64,000 nt of DNA from Tubulanus polymorphus (taxonomy: Eukaryota; Animalia; Nemertea): NCBI RefSeq assembly GCF_964204645.1, contig NC_134027.1, forward strand, positions 20,422,560 through 20,486,559, given 5' to 3'. The translations under genes and the position numbers were made by a program. Below, piece after piece: positions 1-12,170 of the stretch. Below the pieces are notes generated by a model. It was not told the DNA's origin. It searched no databases and worked only from the letters and a program-made list of their open reading frames with translations. Numbering within the stretch: position 1 is the stretch's first letter; every line of letters starts with the position of its first letter.

Positions 1-400
1 GATCTAAGCCATGCCGTCCTGCTGTGGTTCACAGTCTGTAAAAGATATAAGTAACTTTGGATTAGAAGCACGTGGAAACAATTTTTTTCTCGAAAAAACC
101 TCAGTTAATTAATTTACCTGCAAGTATCCATTTAAAACCTCTTCACCGATACCAAAATTAATCCATTTTGTGTCTGCCAACACAGTTGGTATCGGTGAAT
201 TTTCAGCTTTTCGATTTGAACTGAAAATATGACCCAGCCATGAACGAAAGTCGCGAAATTCATCTTGTTGTACCCGGTACACTTCTTAAATAGAAAAGAA
301 AATACTTCAAAATATGTATGTATGTGTGTATGTATTAATGTATGTATGTATGTACGTACGTACGTACGAATGAACACATACACGTACGTTTCTATGTCTT

Positions 401-1022
401 TTACTCAACTATTGATTTATTTGAGGCAGCTATGTCCATCCAATCTCTGGGCAGCATTATTTTTTCGTGGGTTCTATTCTTTTTCTCAATTTGTCCGAAG
501 AAGCGATCACAAGGACCATAAGAATGTCCTTGCTCTAGATATTTCAAGTCCACTCGTTTGTATGCTCCTGAATCAATCAAATATTGGGCATACCATAGTA
601 TACCATAATTCTTATTTTGCCCGCTGCAGTTGTCGGCCCAAATGATCAGGTTGTCAGCACCTAAAGAAAATATATAAAATGAATAAAGATATGAATGTAC
701 TATACATTGGATAACTATCAATTGAAACAGTACTCTAGAGAGAATATAACATTTAAAAAATCGACTCACCAGTGTTCCCGTAACTAGTTTTATTCAACAT
801 AATGTCAATCATGCTGATTACTTCATCAGCACCTTTACCAGCCATTTCTTCGGAATACATGAAACACTTCATGTTTTGGTGGAATCCAGAATAAATTCCA
901 AAATTAAAAGTATATAATTGTCTCATGTAGTAGATGGATTGAGTTGGCATTTTTGGACAGGGTAAGTTTTTCTGAAAATCAATATGGAACGATACGACTG
1001 CCATTCTAAAAGCGTGGTGCAA
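401..1022 (-). pseudogene. Fragment of an intron-containing DDE-type DNA transposase (Sola-like; family uncertain)
   Basis: ORFs 753-1022 and 401-769 carry DFQKNLPCP..YYMRQL..NFGI, WADNCSGQNKN and GHSYGPCDRFFG motifs. A GT..AG intron at 769-661 (minus strand gtgagt...ctttag) joins them in frame. Confidence 0.6.
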
Positions 1023-4000
1023 AATAACGCGTGGCTCGACTCAGCATCTACAAAGATCATGTATCATACAAATAGATATACACCCATGATAAAAGACCCA
1101 AGCATAAACACGTGTCTTAACACATGTGGTCATATCTGAGGTTTAGTTTGATGGTCTGGTATTTCACATTGATGGAATCATTATTCGAAGTTGATTCGCC
1201 CACAAAAAAAAATGTAAAAGATAATTTGTGCCGGTGTAACTATGCAATCCATAAAATTAGAAAATAATGTACCACGCATTCAAAAGTTAAAAACAGGATT
1301 TGTTTATGATCGGAATATTCAAGGGGACATAATATTTCGGAGAGACCAACATAAAAAATTGGGCGTTTGAACCAAATCGTTGAATTCTCCGAATCGCCGA
1401 ATTCAGTTCAAATTCAGTTAAATCATGGACTTAAGAGTCCATGATTAAATACATATTGACGGAAGAATACCGCTATAGTGAAACAAACTTGTTATTTCTC
1501 AATGTGTTTTTTTAAATCTTAGAATAGGGATTGACCTTTTTATTTATTTGATTGGTAGATTACGTTTGATTTTTTTTTTATTTGGTGTCCCTTACAGACC
1601 CACCACACCTGCCGGGAGTGAAACAGGGATTTTACTTTGAAATCGGAAATTGAAGTACAGATATAGTTGTGTGATCGGCGGGCGAGTTTACAGAATTTTT
1701 TTAAATCAAATACATACTTGGGAAATTCGGTTCCAGTTCATTCAAACAATCTTCCAACCAGTCTGAACCGACAAGCGACTGATTGGGGTTTATTTAGTTG
1801 GCTACCTAATTTGATACGTCTAATTTAATTAATCATTTATATCCATGTATAGATATTAGTGTGGCCTTGCAATGGCCATGATTGCGAAAAAAACTATGTA
1901 TTAAGTCCAGCCAGGCGAATCTTCCATTACTTTAGGGTAATTAGACTTTTATAAAGTAAAGAAATTACTTAGGCTGACTGACTAATTTCCGCTAGCAGCA
2001 AAACAACACAAATACGTGTTATCTAAACCGTCAATCATTAACGTCGTATCAAGTTTTAAAAGTCGGATCTTCCATCTCAAGAGCAAATTTGTATTTTGCA
2101 TTTATTTGGCTATCAATAATTAAATAGGCTATGTCTTGATTAATTCGGCTATTCGATGATTCGGCGAAGTTCAAACACAGTAAGGGGATTCTTATTACAA
2201 ACACTTTGACGATGGTGTCTGCATGTAGAAAAGTCTGAAATGCCATGTCTCTAGTTTTTTGATTTGTAAAGTTTGTTTTAAAGTAATATTTTGAGTGGTT
2301 TTTTTTACATTGAATCTATATGCATATATTCTACAGGTTCTTGAGAAAGGAAATTTACAGAAATCTGATGGTCACGTCGATACCATCATCAAAGCTGGAC
2401 AGCAGTACCTTAAACAAAAACGCTGTAAAAAGAGGTACAGGTCACTCATTAATCAAACAATAGCAATTGAAATACAATGTATTACCTCTATCGCCAATTT
2501 AATCATAAAATAGATTGACAATTTCATCGCTATACAATACAATATTTATTTGTCGGCACGTGCGATAATGTGTTTTGCATTCAAATTATTGCAGCAGAAA
2601 GGTCGAATCTCGCTTGGTGGACCAGGCAACGCAGACGGACATCGATGGCCTCAAAAGGTATTAACTACACGCATAACTATAGAGCAGTTATTTTCTACAC
2701 ATTATTTCCATTCAAGAGTTTAAAAAAAAATGTGATTTCATTTTCCACCATTATTTCAAAATTTTAAATCTGAAAATCATGTTGGGCATTTTTCAGACAG
2801 ACAATTGAGACTCAAACTGAGGTGTCAGAAGATATAAGGTATGTATTCTTATTCATTCAAGTTATAGGTACACTGATTTCCCCTGTATATAATAAAGGCT
2901 TATAATTTTTCTTTCAGACTTTGTACTGTGTGTAACGCCGCTATAGAGTGAAAATAAACTAGTAAACGTAATACAATAAAGCATATGGTTTTATGAAGAT
3001 ATTTTTATATGAAGATTTCATAAAAGGTAGGATGAACCATGGACGCTAAAACGAAAGGAAAGATGAAAATGTAAGCTTAATAAGGAACTGAAATGAGCAG
3101 AGAACATAGCCTGTCTTGGCAACAGTTATTCGTTAGTTTTGTGAAATAAGCGAAATTCTTAAAACTTTTTCCAGCGAACATTATCTGGATCATAATTTCG
3201 CTTCGTTTTTGAGTCCATGGATGAACACACTAAAAGTCATGTTGCTGCGATACAACTGTGTATGCAGTGATACGTGACAACATAAACACGAGGATAACAT
3301 AATTGACAGGTGGCCGATGTACAATAGGCACAACGTGTTTGCTATCTATGAAATGAGATGGGCCAGGTTGTGTAATACTTTGTAGCACCTTCGATTTTGT
3401 TTCTACGAGATGATTGATTAAATTCGCTGGAACTCTGTAGACTGTAGAATTCTGTAGGAACTCTGTAGACTGTAGAATTAAACTACTTGCTGAGTGGTCA
3501 CTTGAAAATGAATGATTTTACTCAAGATGAATCTGTCTTGATTTAAAGGGCGCTTGGTGATGTGTGGAAAAAATCTTGAAATATTTCACTTCAATCCGTT
3601 CGTAATAAGATAAAATCCCACTACATACAGACTAAAATATTTAAAGTTTTAAAACAAATGTATCAATCAAAATTGAAATGACACAACGTTTCGAACTCCT
3701 GGACTAGAATAATTTCTTGGTTTTATAACTTTTAAATCTGCATTTAGTGGGTTTTTATTTTATTATTTTTTATTTTATTTTATTATCTGTTCTCCACGAT
3801 TGAGTGTGGTTATTCTACCATTCGTACTGTTATTTTTGGATATACTGTTATAGGGGGATTTTCACCTGTTACCGTTTAGTGGGTTACCCAACTTATATAT
3901 CTTGCACCGATTTTCTCCAAGCAAAAAACAAGGATTTGATGTATTTGCACTGGTTTGATCAGTAGCGATGCCTAAATCGCAGTATTATAATGGTCCGAAT

Positions 4001-5699
4001 GATCAGGTTGGATATATTACACTAAATACTACACTATTTGCCGCGGCATAGTAGTTGCGGCAGCTTTGACTCTGAGGCACCTAAAAACCGGTGGTATAGC
4101 ACTTGAGATTTTCAGTGTAGGCCACATCCCTCCATCAACTCAGCTCGCATTTGGTTGTTTACAATGTTTACAGGAACACATCTGGCTGACACTAGCTTTA
4201 CACAGTATCACAGATGACGAATTAAGAAAACTTTTTTCATATTTCTTTAATGACATTTTAAACATAGCATTCTTCTTAATTACAATATGCTGATTCTGTA
4301 GGTGTTTTTTGATTAAAATTGCCTCAGTAATATAGGATTTAACAAAAAAATCTGTATTTTCAATTCATCCAATTTTTGTTCTATTTTGATAAAATTTTGA
4401 CACAATATTACTGTATAGTGAGCTTAGATGATACTGAAATTGTGTTACAATTACTAGTAAAAAAGTTTTTTAACCCCCAAAATTATTTACTAGTAGGCTG
4501 CAACTGTTTTGTTTATATACATGTAGTTTTATGACTATAGGCATCCTGTTACTGTACTGTGCCGTGTGTGAAGTGCTGTTTCACTGGATAACTCCTCCCA
4601 GCTTGTCATTCAAAGATTTGATAAATATGAAGAATGCGCTACGTACATTACTAACTTATGCATGAAGGAGGGCTTAACCGAAATTTAAACTATAGTAATG
4701 AATATGTTGCATGTTCACACATATCCTTGACAAAAAGGAGGGTCCAAATCGGATAACTGAAATAGATAATAGGGAAATAACAGTTTTAACCGTTGGAGCT
4801 CTTGACTGCACCATGTGTTCAGAGATACTGCCATGTGTGACAGATGATTGCCCTTTTATGCTGGACGTCGGCCTTGACTTAGATGAGCATTTTTTCATCA
4901 GTAGCTTGAAATCTAACTTTCTTTGAATTCTTGTATCTTCCCATCCCGTGTGTTGTTTTGAGTTTCCTAGTACAAACTATTGAAGGATGAGCAAGATCGT
5001 GCCTGTTGCCATACTGTTACAGATAAACAGGTGGATTCCTGAGTGGACACTAATTGAGAACACAAACAAACCACTCTAGCCACTTGTTCAAAACCAACTA
5101 ACAATGCAGGGGGTATAAGCTTATTTTAAACATTTTAGACTGGATGATAATTCAGTGATTTAGCCATGGACGATTTACTGTGGCGGATCCAGGGGATGAC
5201 CATGGGGGCCCCGACACCACGAAAATTTCCTTCGAATATTCCGGACTGAATATTTTCTGAAGAAAGATCAAAATTACAGTTGAACAGCTAAAAAAATATC
5301 AAATTTTGTTGTGGCAATGACGTAGCTGTTTTACCAATTGGGATTAAACATTTGGCTGTTACCAACACACATTAATGTATATTAATGGACTTTAGCTGAT
5401 ATTGCCTTGGTTTATCTTCTGCATGAAGTCGCTGTGGATGTTTCAATTTCAATCAAAGATGAAAATAATTGATGGATTTTAGATTAAGGGATTAATTTTG
5501 CAATTGTCAAGTCTATCAACTTTATTAATGTTTGGTTTAGCATTTCGTTGGAACACATAAAAAATATTTAAGAAGTGCAAAAACACGCTTGAACTACTGT
5601 AAGATCGGGGTGCGATAACCCTTTAGTGTCAAAAATAGATCAGAGTTTCTGTTTAGATGTCTGGTTTATTCACTCTGCAATATATTAGATTCAAAACAT

Positions 5700-6120
5700 A
5701 TACATTTGAAAACCACCCTCTTAGAAATCGGTTACTATTAAAGAGTAGACACTAATAATGGTCACTCTTATAAGTAACCGTTTTGATAAAGGTGACTAAT
5801 AGTTACTCTCCATTTTTAAATGTATGGTTCTCATAGTCTACCTTTTCTTTAATGTACACTCTCAAAACCTTACCGTTCAGAAAGTATACTATTTTAAAGT
5901 ATATGGTACCAATCGTACACTCAAAATACCATATGCTTTACAACCAGAGACTTTCGAAAACCAACCGTTTCAGAATGTGTACTATTTAAAAGTATACGAT
6001 AGAAATCGCAGACTCTAAAAACCACATGTTTTACAACCAGAGACTTTCGAAAACCAACCGTTTAAGAGAGTGTACTATTTGAAAGTGACTATTCTAAAAC
6101 GTATACTACTGAAAAAGTAG
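5700..6120. repeat. Degenerate ~93-bp tandem repeat (about 4 copies) next to the truncated end of the Polinton-like element
   Basis: accgtt..a..gtgtactattt.aaagt recurs at ~5872, ~5964 and ~6057. caaccagagactttcgaaaaccaaccgttt is duplicated at ~5941 and ~6034. Confidence 0.7.
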
Positions 6121-6210
6121 CTGATATCATTAATTGCTTATTGTTCTCAAGAGGCGACTAAGTAAAAGTAGACGTTTGAGCTCAAAAGAGGGATAGACAT
6201 GTTCTTGGAT

Positions 6211-6942
6211 TCAGCCTTTCATATAATCATATAATAATGAAAATCCTTGATTGTATTGAGTTTGAATTATACTTGAAATATTTTCATCAGTTACTGTATC
6301 ATATTCTAAACATATATTCGATAATTTATAACTCATATCTTTAACAACGCTAGATAATACAATTTCATTTACAGGAGCAAATGTTATCTCAAATATAATA
6401 TCTTCTTGAATTGCGTATTTATATAAAGGTGCATTATTATTTATCAATTCAAAATCTAATGGAATTTTATATTTGCTTCCATAAATCTTTTTAATCAAAT
6501 TATCTGTGGCACGAGTTACTATTGCGTCATTAGCTCCTGATCTTAATTTATTATGGTTTTCCGATTGGATGCCTTGAAATATCATATTATTTCTATTTTC
6601 TTTAGTTAACCATAAATCTTTATAATGCATAAATAAATTATAATCATCTAATGAGAGAACTGTTTCTGGACCAATCTTTATTGTTAACTTTTTAATCAAA
6701 TATCTTCCAACATTATCAACAACATAATTATTATCATGGCCAGTTACTTTTATATCGGCTGATAAATAAATACTATTTGGAACATAAAAAGTATTTTGTG
6801 TTAATCTAGGAATTCTAACATATAAAGTTTCATCGGGATTAATATTTGAAGGGTTATGAGTAATTATACGATGTGATCTTTCTGCTTTAATAGCATTAGA
6901 TATTCTAGAAATCTTAGAAGGACTTATATAACTCCCACTCAT
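6211..6942 (-). CDS. Major capsid protein (double jelly-roll, Polinton-like virus type), C-terminally truncated
   Basis: ITHNPSNI..LYVRIPRL..YVPNSIYLSADI..DNVGRYLIKKLTIKI..YKDLW..LSNICLEYDTV pattern recalled from invertebrate Polinton-like MCPs. Breaks off at ~6218 after about 240 aa. Confidence 0.7.
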   Translation of the reverse strand: MSGSYISPSKISRISNAIKAERSHRIITHNPSNINPDETLYVRIPRLTQNTFYVPNSIYLSADIKVTGHDNNYVVDNVGRYLIKKLTIKIGPETVLSLDDYNLFMHYKDLWLTKENRNNMIFQGIQSENHNKLRSGANDAIVTRATDNLIKKIYGSKYKIPLDFELINNNAPLYKYAIQEDIIFEITFAPVNEIVLSSVVKDMSYKLSNICLEYDTVTDENISSIIQTQYNQGFSLLYDYMKG

Positions 6943-6966
6943 TTATTAAACAAAAAAATTAATTAT

Positions 6967-8427
6967 TTATTTTTTATTATTTTTTTCTTGATATCTTTTT
7001 GATATCATATTTACTAACCCAAAAATAATAGCACTTACAACTGTGATTAAAAATAAAATAATATGTTCAGCAGCAAAGTTAAGAATATTCCCAGCAGATT
7101 TCAATATAAAACCAACAATTGATGCAATAACTCCAGGTAAAGCTGCAGCAGATTTTTTAGATAGTTCCCATAAATATTTTGCTAATTTCTTTAAACCATC
7201 TTTAACTTTATCTTGTATAGAATTATTATCATTCGGGGGTTTATCCGGTTTATTGGGAGTAGGTGTAGATTTCAAAGCATTTGATATTGCTAAACCAATT
7301 GTTGTAAATAACATAGTTACAGCTGTTAGAATTGAAAGAATTGTTATTCCTTCTAATTTAAATAAAAATTTTATTCTATCTTTCAATGATATTTCAGAAT
7401 CTGGTTTCATCAACAAATCTTTAAAAATAACTTTTAATCTATTAATATTATAATCATATGATTTTAATAATAATTTAATTTCTTCTTTCTGTACTTCTAA
7501 ATTATCTTTTAAATTACTAATTTCTTTTTCTAAACGTAATTCTTTTTGCCTATATTCTATTTCATCAATGACTTGATGATCTAAATCAGACTTTAATTGT
7601 TCTATTTCTTTATTTTTATCAGTTAATTCTTTTTCTAAAGTTCTAATTTTAAAATCTCTTATACTTTTATCATGCGCAATTTTATCAGATGCAAGTCTTA
7701 TACTAATAATCTCTCTAATTGCTTTATCAGAAAATATATCTAAATCTTCTAATTCTTGATCTGTTGCATCAAGTAATCCCTTCGGTAAAAGTTTTTCAGT
7801 TTGAACTTCTCTTGAATTAGGTCTACTAGTTTTGGAAGTTTTATCTTCTTTAGGAATTGTTTCTGGTTCTAAATTTTCATTAATTATCTTAAAAAATTTA
7901 GCATTTCTTTGTTTAAATTCTTTTAAATTATCAGATCTTTCTTTTTGTGTAACATCAGTTATAACATCATTATTGATTTTCTTAATTCTAGATTGTTCTA
8001 ATAAATTAGAAGTTGATTGTGTTATTATTTTATCGGTACTTTTAATATTTGAAATCTTAAAATAATAGTCGCCTTTCAATTCCCAATAATAATCACCATT
8101 AAAATATTTCAAACCTTCTACTAAATAATCCATACCTTTATCTGTTATATTGAAACCAGATCTTTTTAACATTGGTTTAAATTCATCAGTTAATTTGTCA
8201 TATTCTAGTTCTTTTTTCATTAAATATGGATTTTTATTTTCATGATCTATTCTCGATTTAGCTCCTCTAATATATTCATTAGTATCAGGTCTTTCTAAAT
8301 TAGAATTATATGCTGTTTCATTTTCGTTACTGAAACTTGTTTCATCAAAATCAGGTGGTTGTTCATCACTTATACCAGGTTCATCTAAAGGATCCAATGG
8401 AAAACCTTCTCCACCTTCTACGTCCAT
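6967..8427 (-). CDS. Polinton-like virus protein: acidic N-terminus, long coiled coil and C-terminal hydrophobic helices (putative membrane protein)
   Basis: 486-aa open ORF with a heptad-rich middle. Hydrophobic segments GITILSILTAVTMLFTTIGLAI, ALPGVIASIVGFIL and IILFLITVVSAIIFGLV. TAAATG start. Confidence 0.75.
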   Translation of the reverse strand: MDVEGGEGFPLDPLDEPGISDEQPPDFDETSFSNENETAYNSNLERPDTNEYIRGAKSRIDHENKNPYLMKKELEYDKLTDEFKPMLKRSGFNITDKGMDYLVEGLKYFNGDYYWELKGDYYFKISNIKSTDKIITQSTSNLLEQSRIKKINNDVITDVTQKERSDNLKEFKQRNAKFFKIINENLEPETIPKEDKTSKTSRPNSREVQTEKLLPKGLLDATDQELEDLDIFSDKAIREIISIRLASDKIAHDKSIRDFKIRTLEKELTDKNKEIEQLKSDLDHQVIDEIEYRQKELRLEKEISNLKDNLEVQKEEIKLLLKSYDYNINRLKVIFKDLLMKPDSEISLKDRIKFLFKLEGITILSILTAVTMLFTTIGLAISNALKSTPTPNKPDKPPNDNNSIQDKVKDGLKKLAKYLWELSKKSAAALPGVIASIVGFILKSAGNILNFAAEHIILFLITVVSAIIFGLVNMISKRYQEKNNKK

Positions 8428-8443
8428 TTATATAATAAAAAAA

Positions 8444-9832
8444 TTAAAATTTCAAATATAATATTCCTCCGATTACAATTCCTATACAAGTTATAGCTAA
8501 TTTAGTATTTTCATGGGATTTATTGTCATTATCAGTTTTAATTATATCATGTTGAATATTATCAGTTTTAATATTTTCTGTAGTATTGTAATCTTTTATT
8601 TTGGAATCATTATCCAATTCAATATTCTTAGTTTTAGTTTCTGTTGATTGAATATGTTTTTTATTTTTTTCACCTTCCATTAATTTTGGAGCAGTGATAA
8701 TCTTTTTATTTATATCATTTAACCCAAATGAATTATTTATTGTCGCAGTTTTAATTAGATTATTATAACCAATTATATTTCCCATCTTTAATACTAAATC
8801 ATTAGAAATAATTAATAGATTAGGGCCTATACAATAATTTAATCTAATATGTGATTTATCTAAATAATTTTGATATCTAATAATGTTTTCTGGAATCGAT
8901 CTATTTTTATCATTATGTATGGAATCTTCAAATAATACTTTAAATTGTTTTTGTGTATCGAATGATGTATTCAAATTTCCAATTATCGGTGATCTTGTTT
9001 CAACTTGTGATCCTAGAATACAAATCAAATAAGTTCTAATAGATTGATTTATTCTTTCTATACCTGATTTAGTAAAACCTTCACTATTTTCTAAAATAAA
9101 ATAAACCCAACCATTATTGTTTTCTTGTTTTAAATTATCATAAAATTTCGGTAATTTATTGAAATTTAATGTTTCTAAATCCTCAGTTTCTATTTTACCA
9201 TAACCTAATTTATTATTATAGATATTATAAAAACTATTAGATGGTATGGGAAGTGCACAATATGCTGCAACATTTTCAGGGCAAGGAAGTGATCTTATTG
9301 TTCCAATTTTTGTTCTAAAATCAGAATTATTTATATCTATATTAAATTCATTGCAAATTTTATAAAACTTAGATAAATTAATATTACTATCTAATTCTTT
9401 GAAATACCTAGATCCTGGTAAAGCGCACTCTAATTCATTTAATATTATTCTTATTTGAAAGTATGTATGAAATCTAAATAAACTTTGAATTAATTTATAT
9501 TTAGAATTATTCAAATGATCATTCCAACTAATTCCACAACCTGTTGTTGCACAATAAACAGCAAAATTTAATTGGTTCTGCCAATACTTCATATTAGATT
9601 TTAATAACCATTGTTTTTCATCTTTCAATTTTTTAAAATTAATTAAATCTACATGAAATATATTTTCCATCTTTGCATTAAAATTATTAGTTTCAGTAAC
9701 ATAAATTTCTAAATTAGTTAATGAATCTAAAACTTCATTTCTATATGTAATATCTTTATTAAAATCTATTGCTGGAATATTATATTTAATTGATTTATTA
9801 TATTGGAAAGCTTTTGGAAAACTATCTGCCAT
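8444..9832 (-). CDS. Polinton-like virus hypothetical protein with C-terminal membrane anchor
   Basis: 462-aa ORF with MKYWQNQLNFAVYCATTGCGIS motif and C-terminal LAITCIGIVIGGILYLKF. TAAATG start. Confidence 0.75.
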   Translation of the reverse strand: MADSFPKAFQYNKSIKYNIPAIDFNKDITYRNEVLDSLTNLEIYVTETNNFNAKMENIFHVDLINFKKLKDEKQWLLKSNMKYWQNQLNFAVYCATTGCGISWNDHLNNSKYKLIQSLFRFHTYFQIRIILNELECALPGSRYFKELDSNINLSKFYKICNEFNIDINNSDFRTKIGTIRSLPCPENVAAYCALPIPSNSFYNIYNNKLGYGKIETEDLETLNFNKLPKFYDNLKQENNNGWVYFILENSEGFTKSGIERINQSIRTYLICILGSQVETRSPIIGNLNTSFDTQKQFKVLFEDSIHNDKNRSIPENIIRYQNYLDKSHIRLNYCIGPNLLIISNDLVLKMGNIIGYNNLIKTATINNSFGLNDINKKIITAPKLMEGEKNKKHIQSTETKTKNIELDNDSKIKDYNTTENIKTDNIQHDIIKTDNDNKSHENTKLAITCIGIVIGGILYLKF

Positions 9833-9995
9833 TTATATAATTAAAAAATTGATAATTTATTAATTCTTTTAATAATTTATCTTGTTCTTCAACTGTTATA
9901 TGACCATTTAAACTTATTATATAATCTAGTGTGTTCTTTAATTTATTAATTTCTTTTATATTAGTTTTAATTTTTTCTTTATTACTTTTTATATT

Positions 9996-10283
9996 TTATT
10001 TTGAACTTATACCGGTTAAAACACTTGAACTTAATCCTAACACACCAATTGATATAGCTAAAGGTGTTAATGGACTGAATATTGCTAGAAATGTCATTAC
10101 AGAACTAATTGTAACCGAACCACTAATAATAAGATAATATATAATTTTACTTTTTAAATATTTTTTCTTTTTTATCTTTAAGTCACTTTCAAATTCTAAT
10201 ATTTGTTTTTCTAAATATGTTTTTAATTTAGTTTTATTTATATCATGAGGAAAAATATCAATACTATCAACTTTATCTTCCAT
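9996..10283 (-). CDS. Small two-TM protein, probably cut short by a premature stop
   Basis: Two hydrophobic helices. The frame stays open past the TAA at 9996-9998 (NIKSNKEKIK...) to ~9840. TAAATG start. Confidence 0.6.
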   Translation of the reverse strand: MEDKVDSIDIFPHDINKTKLKTYLEKQILEFESDLKIKKKKYLKSKIIYYLIISGSVTISSVMTFLAIFSPLTPLAISIGVLGLSSSVLTGISSK

Positions 10284-10303
10284 TTATTTAGCAAAAAAAA
10301 TTA

Positions 10304-10726
10304 CTAATTAGTAAACTTATAAGCAACAAATATAACAATAACAGTTCCACCTAAAATCCATATTATTTCATATTTCTGTTGTTCTTTACTTGGGGTATAA
10401 TAATCTGATAATTTAGGTTTGTATAGATGTAATTTCTCTTTATTTGTTACTGCGTTATATAAACTCATTGCATCATCAACTAATTGAAAATCTCTATGTG
10501 AAATCTTCTGATCATATAATTCTTTGTTAATATAATCCATATAGTTTTGCCTCTTTTCTCTATATTCTTCTGCAGCTTTATTATATTTCTCTAACGCTAA
10601 GTTATGTCTTCTATGTTCTCCTAATGAACTATTTTTATCAATATGTTTAAATAAATAACCACCACCAGTAAATGCTAAAGCGTTAACAATTGCCGATCCT
10701 ATAATAGTTATAATTGCAGAAGCCAT
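10304..10726 (-). CDS. Small Polinton-like virus protein with N- and C-terminal hydrophobic helices
   Basis: 140 aa, MASAIITIIGSAIVNALAFTGGGYLF...RHNLALEKY...IIWILGGTVIVIFVAYKF. TAAATG start. Confidence 0.7.
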   Translation of the reverse strand: MASAIITIIGSAIVNALAFTGGGYLFKHIDKNSSLGEHRRHNLALEKYNKAAEEYREKRQNYMDYINKELYDQKISHRDFQLVDDAMSLYNAVTNKEKLHLYKPKLSDYYTPSKEQQKYEIIWILGGTVIVIFVAYKFTN

Positions 10727-10750
10727 TTATTTAGCAAAAAAATTATGTAT

Positions 10751-10972
10751 TTATATGGGAGGAATATATTTTTGTTTTTCTAAATAATCAATAGTTAAAT
10801 TAGATAAAGTAACTGCTAACGTTAATTTTAAAATATCATTTATATCAAATCTATCAACATTAACACTTCCCATTTTGAATACTTTTTTTAATACCATTGA
10901 ATAACCAACAGTTCCAACTGATAGTAATGCGCCATTATATAATCCAGTTATTATCCACTTATTATCACTCAT
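10751..10972 (-). CDS. Small hydrophobic viral protein (73 aa)
   Basis: Tight gene packing, TAAATG start and amphipathic helices. Confidence 0.65.
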   Translation of the reverse strand: MSDNKWIITGLYNGALLSVGTVGYSMVLKKVFKMGSVNVDRFDINDILKLTLAVTLSNLTIDYLEKQKYIPPI

Positions 10973-10975
10973 TTA

Positions 10976-11329
10976 TTAATCAAAAAAATTACTATCATCA
11001 AAATAATTAGTTATCTTATTTATGATTAATTCAACATTTATTTCATTACTAGTTTCATTTGTATATATTTCAATTATTATTTTTTTAATATCATCGATGA
11101 TAAAATCTTTATCTAATTCATAAAATCTTAAAGATTCTCTAATTAAATTAGTAATCTTTTCTACATTTAAAGTTTCTTTATCTATTGTTGTTTCATACTC
11201 AAATGTTGTTTCATTAGAAAATGCAATATTTTTAATATGTGTAATTACATCATTAACGTTAAATTTCATTTCTTTCTCACGTTTAAAATCAAACCCAAAA
11301 CATATACTCGGTCCAACAGTTATATTCAT
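10976..11329 (-). CDS. Hypothetical acidic viral protein (117 aa)
   Basis: Tight gene packing and TAAATG start. Confidence 0.6.
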   Translation of the reverse strand: MNITVGPSICFGFDFKREKEMKFNVNDVITHIKNIAFSNETTFEYETTIDKETLNVEKITNLIRESLRFYELDKDFIIDDIKKIIIEIYTNETSNEINVELIINKITNYFDDSNFFD

Positions 11330-11345
11330 TTATATAATGAAAAAA

Positions 11346-12102
11346 TTACTCTTTACATCTTATAACTAATTCATAAATTACAGGAAAGTTATTCAAATCA
11401 ATTAAATAACCATTGTGATTTCTTATTTCTAATTTAAAATTATTAAATTTAGGAATGCATGGTTTGAAATCACATTCTGTTAAATTATAATTTATTTGAG
11501 TTCCAAATTGTTTAACGTTCTTCATTGGTAAAATATTTAATATACTAGAATTACATGTTGTATCTTTAGTTGCTTCAAATGTTTTTGTAGGATCGATTAA
11601 ATTGCAATAAATATAAAAATGTGTAAAAGGTATTATATTTGAATTACCGTCTACGTTTCCTGTAACAATTTGTGGTTTAATTCCTAACAGTTTAGCTAAA
11701 GGTTTCCTTACCATAAATGCATGTTTGCTTTCATCATCTAACTTTATTTTAATTTTATCAGAACTATCACTTTTTATAAATCTAATTGAAAATTTATCTT
11801 CACTTCCAAGTTTTAATCGTGCTCTCCGATTTATTTCTTGGGTAAATGTTTCTAAATTATATAACCCTGGTTTTAAAAATAGATGAAACCATTTATGATT
11901 ATTTTTATTAAAAATTAAAAAGACTATGTTCAAGAGTTTTATCCGATATATTGTAAAATGAGTTACATAAACTTATATTTACTAATTTTAAATCAACACA
12001 ATTCTTAAATTCTCTATCTAATTGTACTAGTAAATTATGAGATTTATAATTTGTAAGCCTTCTAGAATCAACAAATATTCTGTATTCTTTTAATTCTACC
12101 AT
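11346..12102 (-). CDS. Penton/minor capsid-like protein split by a +1 frame discontinuity
   Basis: ORFs 11908-12102 and 11346-11933 carry IFVDSR, LCNSFYNIS, LKPGLYNLE, FYIYCNLID and LEIRNHNGYLIDLNNFPVIYELVI, typical of Polinton single jelly-roll pentons. Confidence 0.7.
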
Positions 12103-12170
12103 TATTTATAACATAAAAAAATTACCGCTCATCACTAAAAATTAATCTTAATAAAATTTTTCCTTAATAA

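Noticed and set aside
2336-2950. Possible short host exons with AG/GT boundaries
   Set aside because: Splice-like signals are present, but no recognisable protein or verifiable gene model.
7043-8065. Plus-strand ORFs 7043-7453 and 7832-8065
   Set aside because: Antisense shadows of the 486-aa viral gene, lacking the start motif.
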